In this document: piece after piece, positions 35,963 to 44,660 of the stretch
Layout: each line of letters opens with the position of its first letter
How positions within the stretch are numbered: the stretch's first letter is position 1
Origin: Candidatus Shapirobacteria bacterium
GTDB taxonomy: Bacteria; Patescibacteriota; Microgenomatia; UBA12405
Reading direction: 5' to 3'
Length of the DNA stretch: 64,000 nt
Assembly (NCBI GenBank): GCA_041661765.1
Contig: JBAZTV010000002.1
Coordinates: forward strand, 8,083 to 72,082
Program-made: the position numbers and the translations under genes
Notes under the pieces: model-generated
Told to the model about the DNA's origin: nothing
The model's database searches: none
What the model saw: the letters and a program-made list of their open reading frames with translations, nothing else

Positions 35963-37373
35963 CATGTTCCCTTGCTAATTGGGTTTTAACCACATCTAAC
36001 CAATTTTTATTTACGTTTATTTTTTTACCCAAAAGCACTTCTATTAAATCACCAGTTTTAATTTCATCATCAATTCTAGCCATTTTTCCATTAATTTTAA
36101 TCCCTTTACATCTATCACCAATACTAGTGTGTATTCTATAGGCAAAATCCAAAGCCACACATCCTTTTGGAAGTTGAATAGTGTCACCCTTTGGCGTAAA
36201 CACATAAACATAATTAGTTAACACTTTAATTCGATAATTATTCACATTATCATCACCTTTTTGCCATTTAACCAAATCTTTAATCCATTCCATCCCTCGA
36301 CCATTTTCCAATATTCCTTTTCCCATTTTGTAAGCAATATGAGAGGCTGGTCCAAATTCATTAAAATCATGCATTTCTTTGGTTTTTATTTGAATTTCTA
36401 CCGTCATTTTATCTTTCCAATTAACAGTTGTTTGAATCGATCTGTAGCCATTTGGTTTTGGAGATGAAATATAATCTACAAATTCTTCTGGTAGATATTT
36501 ATATTTTGCGTGCAGTAATCCTAAAACTGTATAACAATCAACCAAATTATCGGTCAAAACTCTAATTGCCACTCTGTCGTTTACTTGATAATTTTCTCCC
36601 TTCCTCTTTATTTTTAAATAAGTACTATAAAGGCTTTTAATTCGCCCCTCAACCATGGCCCCGTTTATATTATTGATCTTTAAAACACTTTTCAATTCAT
36701 TTTCAATTAAATTTAAGGCCTTTATTTCATCTTTAGATTTTTCTTTAAATATCTCTTTTATTTTTTCTGCTTCATCAATATAAAGAACTCTAAATGCCCG
36801 GTCTTCTATTAATTTTTTAAAATAATGCAATCCAACATATTCCGCCAATGGTCCATAAATCCTCATTATATTTCTAGCATATATTAACTGCCTTTCTTTC
36901 GGTAAAAATTCTATTGTCATACTATTATGAAGTTTATCTACCAACCTTATAATTAAAATCCTCACATCATTTATTGATGAAAAGAAAAATTTTCTAAAAA
37001 CTTCAATACTTGTTTGGTTAATTTGCAATCCTTTTGTTTTTGTTTTTACTTCAGTCAAACCCGCAACCAAAAGTGCAACTTCATCACCAAACTCTTTAGC
37101 AATATCATCTATTTTTACATTTGTATCCTCAACACAATCATGAAGCAAAGCCGCAACTACTGCCTCCTGTCCAATATTCAATTGAGCTACTACCTTAGCA
37201 ATCCACACCGGGTGTGAAATATAAGGTTTTCCAGAATATCTTGTTTGCCCTTCATGAGCCTCGGCCATAAAATTATAAGCTTTTCTAATCAACTCTTTAT
37301 TAAAACTTGGCCCAACTAAATACCGTTCCAAATCCTCCCAATAATTATCACTAAAAGATAAATTTAATCCCAT
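35934..37373 (-). CDS. relA: (p)ppGpp synthetase/hydrolase, RelA/SpoT family (HD + synthetase + TGS; no ACT domain)
   Basis: HD HPVWIAKVV...LLHDCVEDT. Synthetase ...YRSIQTTV.... TGS ...GDTIQLPKGCVALDFAYRIHTSIGD.... Confidence 0.8.
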   Translation of the reverse strand: MGLNLSFSDNYWEDLERYLVGPSFNKELIRKAYNFMAEAHEGQTRYSGKPYISHPVWIAKVVAQLNIGQEAVVAALLHDCVEDTNVKIDDIAKEFGDEVALLVAGLTEVKTKTKGLQINQTSIEVFRKFFFSSINDVRILIIRLVDKLHNSMTIEFLPKERQLIYARNIMRIYGPLAEYVGLHYFKKLIEDRAFRVLYIDEAEKIKEIFKEKSKDEIKALNLIENELKSVLKINNINGAMVEGRIKSLYSTYLKIKRKGENYQVNDRVAIRVLTDNLVDCYTVLGLLHAKYKYLPEEFVDYISSPKPNGYRSIQTTVNWKDKMTVEIQIKTKEMHDFNEFGPASHIAYKMGKGILENGRGMEWIKDLVKWQKGDDNVNNYRIKVLTNYVYVFTPKGDTIQLPKGCVALDFAYRIHTSIGDRCKGIKINGKMARIDDEIKTGDLIEVLLGKKINVNKNWLDVVKTQLAREHVRKMVKFDQ

Positions 37374-38069
37374 TTAAATCCTTTTGGTAAAAATTAATAA
37401 TCTTTTCCAATCAGTTCCTATTGGCCAACATGTTTGTAAAATTAACACTTCTCCTCCTCCTTCTTCTTTATAATCCAAATACTCAATATCATTCGCTCCA
37501 ACAATTTTTTGACCATAAACTTTATATTTATAAATTTCTCCATTAAATCCAACAAAAACAAAATCATCAGTTTTTAATTCTCCTAATAAATAAAATACAG
37601 AATTTTGTCTTACCATTTGGATTCCTTGCTTAGTTGAGTGTGCAAATAAATATATTGCCTTTTCTTTTTGCCCCGGCAGGCCAGTACCTTTAGCTTGAGC
37701 TACAAAATCACCTTCTAAAACTGGCAAATATTCCTTTTTATCAAAAGGAGAAATATTTTTCTTAACTTCTGCCGAAGCTCCAATCATTGGAATTTTTACC
37801 CAAAATTCTTCTTTTACTACTTTTATTTCTGCTACATCTTGTTTTATTTCAGTTTTTGAAAAAATTTTTCCTCCGCTTTTATAAACAATAATAGATTTTG
37901 CTAGCGGCCAATATAAATAACAAAAATATCCGATTGCCAAAAAAAATATAAATGTTCCGACATAAAAAAGATATTTTTTACCACCAGTTGGATTATTAAA
38001 AATAATCCCATTTTTAGATTTAATCTTTACGGACCTTTTTTTTGGCACCAGTCTAAAAAAATCGAACAT
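37374..38069 (-). CDS. Sortase-family transpeptidase
   Basis: N-terminal TM anchor. Catalytic His in ...YLFAHS.... TLxTC-type Cys motif VLILQTCWP. Downstream conserved Arg (KRLLI). Confidence 0.6.
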   Translation of the reverse strand: MFDFFRLVPKKRSVKIKSKNGIIFNNPTGGKKYLFYVGTFIFFLAIGYFCYLYWPLAKSIIVYKSGGKIFSKTEIKQDVAEIKVVKEEFWVKIPMIGASAEVKKNISPFDKKEYLPVLEGDFVAQAKGTGLPGQKEKAIYLFAHSTKQGIQMVRQNSVFYLLGELKTDDFVFVGFNGEIYKYKVYGQKIVGANDIEYLDYKEEGGGEVLILQTCWPIGTDWKRLLIFTKRI

Positions 38070-38178
38070 ATACCATTGTACCTAAAAATACTATTTTGAA
38101 AAATCATCAAAAAAATGCCCGAACGGTTTTATGATTAGTCTTGCGACAAATCCCATTCAGGCTCAAATAAAAATATGT

Positions 38179-38589
38179 TCAAAAACAATCACAAGGATAA
38201 TCTATTTCCCATCTTGTATCATCATGGACATACAAATGCATATTACTCTTAGAAAATTCATTTTCTAATAAACTAACAATAATCATCATTGCATCATAAT
38301 TTTGAGCTCCATATATATCGACTTGAAATGGACCATCTCTCCCCACAGTTATTGTTCCTAAAAAAAGTTTTAATCTTTTTTTTGTAAAAAAACCAAAATA
38401 TCCTTTAAAAGGAGCATCAACAGTAGAACGCAAAATGCCAATTCTACTAGGAACTTTAACGAAAGAGAACAAGCCTTTATTTACTTCTAAACCCTTTTCG
38501 TCTGCTATAGTGTCACCATTCTTGATTATTAAATTAGCCACTTTCCACACTGGAACAAAGGAACTTACTGTTTTACCCATTAACTTCAC
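38179..38589 (-). CDS. Hypothetical protein
   Basis: ORF only. Ends in ...YPCDCF. Confidence 0.35.
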   Translation of the reverse strand: MKLMGKTVSSFVPVWKVANLIIKNGDTIADEKGLEVNKGLFSFVKVPSRIGILRSTVDAPFKGYFGFFTKKRLKLFLGTITVGRDGPFQVDIYGAQNYDAMMIIVSLLENEFSKSNMHLYVHDDTRWEIDYPCDCF

Positions 38590-38683
38590 ACCTCTCTTTT
38601 TTTTGATTTATATAAACATATTTATATCTGTAAAAGAACACTAAATTTTATCATTATTATAGGACATGGTCAATTAAATGCAT

Positions 38684-38712
38684 TTGACAAAGAAAAGAAT
38701 TTACTCTAATAT
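38684..38712 (+). promoter_or_regulatory. Putative promoter for greA (TTGACA-17-TAATAT)
   Basis: Sequence match only. Confidence 0.35.
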
Positions 38713-38777
38713 ATACCCCAATAGCCCAAAACCCCTGGCCTTAAAGCTGGGGATTTATTTTTATTTTTTTAAAAAAA

Positions 38778-39239
38778 ATGAGCCATAAAAATCTGTTAAC
38801 CCAAGAAGGTTATGATAGTTTAGTCGAACAATTAAACGAACTTAAAAATAGACAAGAGCACTTAATTACTCAAATTGAGGAAGTTGCTCAACCGGATGAG
38901 TCCGGCGAAGATGGTCTCGCCACTCAATTAAAAGACGAATTGGAAGTTATCAATGAAAAAATTGACAACATAGAAAATACACTAGAAGATGCCACTATAA
39001 TCAGTGGTGATTGTAAGCGTGACAAAGTTGAAATTGGCTGTAAGGTAACAATTAAAGTTTCTGGCAATCTTACCAAAGAATTTAATATTGTTAACCATCT
39101 TGAGGCCGATCCAACCGTTAATAAAATTTCTGATGAGTCCCCATTAGGTGTGGCTCTCATTGGTAAAAAAATTAATGACGAAGTTGAAGTCAGTGCTCCC
39201 GCCGGAAAAATAACCTACAAAATCGTTTCTATTAAGTAA
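38778..39239 (+). CDS. greA: Transcription elongation factor GreA
   Basis: N-terminal coiled coil LTQEGYDSLVEQLNELK. C-terminal FKBP-like domain ...SDESPLGVALIGKKINDEVEV. Confidence 0.85.
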   Translation: MSHKNLLTQEGYDSLVEQLNELKNRQEHLITQIEEVAQPDESGEDGLATQLKDELEVINEKIDNIENTLEDATIISGDCKRDKVEIGCKVTIKVSGNLTKEFNIVNHLEADPTVNKISDESPLGVALIGKKINDEVEVSAPAGKITYKIVSIK

Positions 39240-39255
39240 TGTAGTAAAATTACTT

Positions 39256-40716
39256 ATGGCGGATTTAAAATTAAACGAACTTCAGCGACAGAGACAGCAA
39301 AAACTTACCCAACTTAAGAGTCTCAATACAAATATTTATCCTCAGCCAAATCTTGAAAACAAAATAAGTACGGCTGACGCTAAGGAAAAGATGGACGATA
39401 CAGTTTTAATTGCTGGTCGTCTCATGTCTCTTCGTGGTCACGGCAAAATTATGTTTGCTGACCTCCAAGACCGAGTTGGTAAAATTCAACTTTTCTTTCA
39501 AGAAAAAACTTTAGCCGAAAAAATGTCTCAAACCAAATTATTAGATTTAGGTGACATTGTTTCAATATCTGGAACTATTTTCAAAACCCAAGCTGGCGAA
39601 ATTACTGTCAACGTTGAAGAATTCCAAATTTTAGCTAAAAATATTCGCGCTTTACCCGAAAAATGGCATGGTCTTAAAGATGTTGAAATCAGTTATCGAC
39701 AGCGTTATGTTGATTTAATTGTCAATCCAGAATCTCGTCAAGTTTTTGAAACAAGAACAAAAATTTTATCCGAAATGCGTCGATTTTTAGACGACCACGG
39801 TTTTATGGAAGTCGAGACTCCAGTGCTTCAACCAGTTTACGGTGGTGCTGCCGCCAAACCTTTTATCACTCACCATAACGAGCTCGATATGGACATGTAC
39901 CTTCGAATTTCCGATGAATTATATTTAAAACGCCTTATTGTTGGCGGTTTTGAAAAAGTATATGAAGTCAGTCGTGATTTTAGAAACGAAGGTGTTTCTC
40001 GTTTTCATAATCCAGAATTTACTCAAATTGAATTTTATTGGGCCTATGTTGACTACGAAGTTTTAATGAAATTTACCGAAGAATTGATTAAGCATTTATT
40101 AATGATCACCAAAAATACTCTCAAGTTTTCTTTCCAAGGCATTGATTTAGATTTTGAAAAACCAATTAAAAGATTAACTTTTAAAAATGCCATTTTAGAA
40201 AAAACTGGCATCAATATTGATGAAATTAAATCAGAGGAAGATTTTAAAAAAGAATTAGAAAATAAAAAAATAAAAGTTGATTTAAAAAATGTTTATGGTC
40301 TCGGTGCATGTTTCGACTCACTTTATAAAGAACATGTTCGTCCAGAAATAATTGAGCCAACTTTTATCATGGATTATCCAGCTGAAATGATTGCTTTGGC
40401 TAAACGTAAAGAGTCTGATCCCACCAAAATTGCTTCTTTCCAATTACTCGCTTGTGGTATTGAATTTCTCAAAGCCTACGATGAATTAAATGATCCAAAA
40501 GATCAATCCGATCGCTGGTTAGATGAACAAAAATTAGCCGACCAAGGTTCTGAAATTGCTTCTCAATTCGATAGCGATTATATTCGTGCCCTTGAATACG
40601 GAATGCCTCCAACGGCAGGCTGGGGAATGGGCCTCGATCGTTTTGTTCAATTAGTCACTGACTCGCCAACCATCAAAGACGTCATCTTATTTCCATCAAT
40701 GAGAAAGGAGGATTAA
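39256..40716 (+). CDS. lysS: Lysyl-tRNA synthetase (class II)
   Basis: OB-fold anticodon-binding domain and class II motifs (...YRQRYVDLI..., ...FRNEGVS..HNPEFT..E.Y..Y..., ...GGMGLDR...). Confidence 0.9.
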   Translation: MADLKLNELQRQRQQKLTQLKSLNTNIYPQPNLENKISTADAKEKMDDTVLIAGRLMSLRGHGKIMFADLQDRVGKIQLFFQEKTLAEKMSQTKLLDLGDIVSISGTIFKTQAGEITVNVEEFQILAKNIRALPEKWHGLKDVEISYRQRYVDLIVNPESRQVFETRTKILSEMRRFLDDHGFMEVETPVLQPVYGGAAAKPFITHHNELDMDMYLRISDELYLKRLIVGGFEKVYEVSRDFRNEGVSRFHNPEFTQIEFYWAYVDYEVLMKFTEELIKHLLMITKNTLKFSFQGIDLDFEKPIKRLTFKNAILEKTGINIDEIKSEEDFKKELENKKIKVDLKNVYGLGACFDSLYKEHVRPEIIEPTFIMDYPAEMIALAKRKESDPTKIASFQLLACGIEFLKAYDELNDPKDQSDRWLDEQKLADQGSEIASQFDSDYIRALEYGMPPTAGWGMGLDRFVQLVTDSPTIKDVILFPSMRKED

Positions 40717-41060
40717 TGGCTATTCTAAAAATAGAATCACCGCCAATCCAGGAAGAATTTAAAAAATTATCAGAAGAATTTGGTGAATATATTAAATTAG
40801 TTGCCGATGTCGATCAAGAAATTTTATATGGTGGTTCTCGTCTTCATGCCGACATTGAAAAAATATTAATTGATTCTGGATCTTTACAAAAAAATATTTG
40901 GGGCGGGGGAATCGATTTAAAATTTAAAACTATTGAATGTTCCGCTGTTGCCAACATTAGACCAGAAACAAACCCCAGCACTGAAATATTAGATCCAATA
41001 ATTAGAGAAAAATTTGTAAATATAGTTAAAAAATATTTTCCAGAATTTATTTATGGATAA
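40716..41060 (+). CDS. Hypothetical protein
   Basis: ORF only. Confidence 0.4.
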   Translation: MAILKIESPPIQEEFKKLSEEFGEYIKLVADVDQEILYGGSRLHADIEKILIDSGSLQKNIWGGGIDLKFKTIECSAVANIRPETNPSTEILDPIIREKFVNIVKKYFPEFIYG

Positions 41061-41322
41061 TTCAAAATTAGAATTATTAAACATATGCACTGATTTAAAA
41101 CGATCAGTTATGTTTTTAGTTAAAAGCCAAGATAATGATCCAAAAAATTGTGTTTTTATTCAAAATATTTTAAAAAATTTTCCAAAATTATCAAAAAATA
41201 ATCCTCAAATATCAAAAATTATCGACATTAATTACATTAACAGTAATATCGATTCTGCTAATACTAAGGCTGAATTTTTATTAATGCAAAGTTTAAAATT
41301 ACAACATTATTTAGGATTATAA
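41053..41322 (+). CDS. Hypothetical protein
   Basis: ORF only. Confidence 0.35.
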   Translation: MDNSKLELLNICTDLKRSVMFLVKSQDNDPKNCVFIQNILKNFPKLSKNNPQISKIIDINYINSNIDSANTKAEFLLMQSLKLQHYLGL

Positions 41323-41328
41323 TAAAAT

Positions 41329-41991
41329 ATGAAATTACTTCTAACATCCGGCGGTCTTGAAAATAAGTCCATTATTAAAGCTTTGTCTGATTTACTCCAA
41401 AAACCATTCGAAGAATCAAAAATTGCTTTCATTCCTACCGCTTCTAATCTAGAAGCAGGTGATAAAAAGGATTGGTTTATTGAAGATTTAATTCAACTCA
41501 AAAACCTTAAATTCAATAGTATAGATATTGTCGATATTTCCGCTTTACCAAAAGAAATTTGGTTAGAAAGATTAAAAGAAGTAGATGTTTTATTTGTCGA
41601 AGGTGGAAATACTTACCATTTAATGTATTGGTTTAACAAATCTGGTTTATCAGAAATTTTACCTGAATTATTAAAAACCAAAATTTACATCGGTGTCAGT
41701 GCGGGTACTATAATCGCCACACCTAGTTTATTAAATTCCAAATCAGAACAAGAGTTTTCTGAAAAAATTGGCCAGACCATTAGTGATCAAGCGTTGGGTT
41801 TGGTTAATTTTATGATCACTACACATGTTAACAGTTCTTGGTTTCCTGAATTAAACTTTGATTTTTTAGAATTAGAATCCAAGAATTATCCATATTCAAT
41901 TTACGGCCTAGATGATAATTCAGCCATTAAAATCGACGGTGATAAAATTGAAATAATTTCCGAAGGTGTTTGGAAATTATTTGAAAAATAA
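41329..41991 (+). CDS. Peptidase S51 (dipeptidase E-like)
   Basis: LLLTSGG..., ...FVEGGNTYHLM..., ...GVSAGTIIA (Ser nucleophile in GxSAG). Confidence 0.75.
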   Translation: MKLLLTSGGLENKSIIKALSDLLQKPFEESKIAFIPTASNLEAGDKKDWFIEDLIQLKNLKFNSIDIVDISALPKEIWLERLKEVDVLFVEGGNTYHLMYWFNKSGLSEILPELLKTKIYIGVSAGTIIATPSLLNSKSEQEFSEKIGQTISDQALGLVNFMITTHVNSSWFPELNFDFLELESKNYPYSIYGLDDNSAIKIDGDKIEIISEGVWKLFEK

Positions 41992-41992
41992 T

Positions 41993-42583
41993 ATGACAGA
42001 CAGAAAAATTTTCAAAGACGCAGTTGAAAAAACTTTAGAAAAAAATATTTTTTACCATTCACTCGCTCTCGAAGCTTGCATGGGTGGAATCTATGATTAT
42101 TTAAAACAAAATAATCAGTTAGACGAAAAAGAACCATCAAAAGAAGATTGGCTTTTGGCTGGTTTAATTCACGATATTGATTATTTTGGTGAATATAAAG
42201 AAACTCATCCACTTAAAATAAAAGAAATTTTAGTCAAATTTAATTTAGAAATTCCAGAAGAAATTAATCAAATAATTTTGGCCCACGATGGTAAACAAAA
42301 TAACATTTATGATAACAAAGCCAAATGGGCTATCTTTTGTGCCGATAGTTTAACTGGTTTAATTACCGCTGTCGCTTTTATTTATCCATCCAAAAAATTA
42401 TCCGATGTCAAAGTTTCTTCTGTTTTAAAAAGATTTTTAAAAGAACCTCGTTTTGCCGCCGGCACTCGCCGTGATGAAATTGCTAAGTGTGAATTAAACG
42501 AAGGACTCAATATTCCCCTCGAAAAATTTATCGAAATTTGTTTGACTTCAATGCAACAAATCGCCCCAGAAATTGGTTTATAG
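41993..42583 (+). CDS. HD-domain phosphohydrolase
   Basis: H...HD motif (...LLAGLIHDIDYF...) and ...AHDG.... Start taken at ATG 41993 just after the peptidase E stop. Confidence 0.5.
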   Translation: MTDRKIFKDAVEKTLEKNIFYHSLALEACMGGIYDYLKQNNQLDEKEPSKEDWLLAGLIHDIDYFGEYKETHPLKIKEILVKFNLEIPEEINQIILAHDGKQNNIYDNKAKWAIFCADSLTGLITAVAFIYPSKKLSDVKVSSVLKRFLKEPRFAAGTRRDEIAKCELNEGLNIPLEKFIEICLTSMQQIAPEIGL

Positions 42584-42585
42584 TT

Positions 42586-42912
42586 TTATCTTTCGTTTTT
42601 AAAATAAAAGGCAACTATAAAACCTAAAGGTCCACCTAAGGTTGATGAGATTAATAAAACCATGTCTTTTATGGGGATAAATAATTCAGAATTACCAGTA
42701 ATCAAATAGATACATAAATTAAAAGACCATGGGATTACAAAAGATAGGGCTAATGTTAAAAAATATAAATTAACAAATTTTTTTGCCAAACCACTCCTCG
42801 TCTCAGCAGTAATACTTTCAGTATCTCTTTTAAGATTATCAAAATTATTACGTAAATTTAATAATTCATCTTTTACATTTTCTGATTTTTTTAAATCTTC
42901 TATTGTATCCAT
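42586..42912 (-). CDS. Hypothetical protein with coiled-coil N-terminus and two C-terminal TM helices
   Basis: ORF only. Confidence 0.3.
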   Translation of the reverse strand: MDTIEDLKKSENVKDELLNLRNNFDNLKRDTESITAETRSGLAKKFVNLYFLTLALSFVIPWSFNLCIYLITGNSELFIPIKDMVLLISSTLGGPLGFIVAFYFKNER

Positions 42913-42926
42913 AACTAAAATTGCCT

Positions 42927-43175
42927 TTATAATTTCCCATTATTTTTAACCAAATCAGCAGTTATATTTATTTGTTCCTGGGTAATGACTATTAATTTTT
43001 TAATATTTTCCAACAAAGAGCTAGAAATTTCTTTTATCTCATTTGAGCTAGAAAGAGGAGGAGCGTTAATTTTGTCTAAATTTTTCATTAAATAAAATAA
43101 ATTATCAATAATTTTAAGATTTTCATCAATATTTTTTTGCAACCTATTAGTAAGTGAAATGTCTTTTGAATCCAT
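42927..43175 (-). CDS. Hypothetical coiled-coil protein
   Basis: ORF only. Confidence 0.3.
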   Translation of the reverse strand: MDSKDISLTNRLQKNIDENLKIIDNLFYLMKNLDKINAPPLSSSNEIKEISSSLLENIKKLIVITQEQINITADLVKNNGKL

Positions 43176-43310
43176 AAAAGGATTTTATCAAATCTACAAT
43201 AATGTATAAAAACATAAATTAAGCAATAGATATATTTTGATATATTTCTTCACTTGCGATAAAATTGCGGGCATTTTTTTTCAATGATTTTGCTACAATA
43301 AAATCATCAA

Positions 43311-44579
43311 ATGATTGATATCAATTTATTACGACAACAGCCCGAACTTATTAAAACTGCGCTTACAAATCGTCAAAAAGACCTGAGTGTTATTAGTCAA
43401 ATTTTAGGTATTGATGAAAATTATAGAACAACTTTGTCTGAAGTCGAAAAACTACGTTCAGAACAAAATGCATTAAGTCGTAGTTTCAAAGGTAAACCAA
43501 CATCAGAACAACTCATTAAAAGTACAGAAGTTAAAAATAATCTTAAAATTAAAGAAGGTGAGTTATCTTCTTCTGAAAAAATTAGAGATAATTTATTAGA
43601 AGAAATTCCCAATATTCCATCAGATGATACTCCAATCGGTAAAGACGATAATGATAATGTTGTTTTCAAAACCGTCGGAGAAATTCCCAAATTTGATTTT
43701 CAACCTCTCGACCATGCCGATCTAGGTGAAAAACTCGACATTATTGATATTAAAAAAGCAGCTCAACTTTCCGGTTCTCGTTTTGGTTATTTCAAAGGGC
43801 AGGGTGCCGTTTTAGAAATGGCCGTTATGTTTTACGCCTTCACTAAATTAACCAAAAAAGGTTTTACCGGCATGATTCCTCCAGTCATGGTTAAAAGTGA
43901 TACTGAATGGAAATGCGGTTATGCCAGCAATAAAAATTTAATGGGTGCTTATTATTCAATTCCTGAAGACGATTTAATTTTTATCAGCAGTTCTGAACAC
44001 GCCGTTGTTCCATATCACATGGATGAAATTTTAGATCAGAAATCTTTTCCAATTAAATATGTAAATTATTCCCCTTGTTTTAGGCGAGAAGCGGGGACTT
44101 ATGGCAAAGACATGAAAGGCATGCTTCGTGTTCACTTTTTTAATAAAGTTGAAATGAATGTTTTTACTTTACCAGATTACAAAATTTCCGACGCAATGTG
44201 TTTAGAAATGTTAAATAACGAAGAAGAATTAATGCAGGAGTTAGAATTACCTTATCAAATTGTCAAAGCGTGTACTGGTGATCTACCTCAACCTAATCGT
44301 CGCATGTACGACATTAACACTTGGTTCCCTGGTCAAAATGCTTATCGCGAAACTCAATCATGCAGTAATTGTGGAGATTATCAATCTCGTCGTTTAAATA
44401 CTAAAGTTAAGATCGACGGCAAAAATGAATTAGTCCATATTTTAAATGCCACCCTTATTACTGACCGTGCCGTTTTGGCTATTATTGAAAATCATCAACA
44501 AGCCGACGGTTCAATTAAAATTCCGAAAGTCTTACAACCATACACTGGTTTTGAGATTATTAGGCCAAACAATAGCTAG
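43311..44579 (+). CDS. serS: Seryl-tRNA synthetase
   Basis: N-terminal coiled-coil arm MIDINLLRQQPELIK and class II core (...FRRE.G.....G..R.HQF.K.E...). Confidence 0.9.
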   Translation: MIDINLLRQQPELIKTALTNRQKDLSVISQILGIDENYRTTLSEVEKLRSEQNALSRSFKGKPTSEQLIKSTEVKNNLKIKEGELSSSEKIRDNLLEEIPNIPSDDTPIGKDDNDNVVFKTVGEIPKFDFQPLDHADLGEKLDIIDIKKAAQLSGSRFGYFKGQGAVLEMAVMFYAFTKLTKKGFTGMIPPVMVKSDTEWKCGYASNKNLMGAYYSIPEDDLIFISSSEHAVVPYHMDEILDQKSFPIKYVNYSPCFRREAGTYGKDMKGMLRVHFFNKVEMNVFTLPDYKISDAMCLEMLNNEEELMQELELPYQIVKACTGDLPQPNRRMYDINTWFPGQNAYRETQSCSNCGDYQSRRLNTKVKIDGKNELVHILNATLITDRAVLAIIENHQQADGSIKIPKVLQPYTGFEIIRPNNS

Positions 44580-44660
44580 AGGAGCCACCTCAATCTGGAC
44601 TTTTCCTTTCAAAAGATTGGAAAGGTCCAGAAGGTGTTTTTTTAATATATAATTACCCAT

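Noticed and set aside
43176-43310. T-box leader upstream of serS
   Set aside because: No T-box consensus (AATTAGGGTGGNACCGCG-like) and no specifier/antiterminator arrangement. Only a weak GC hairpin before a T-run.
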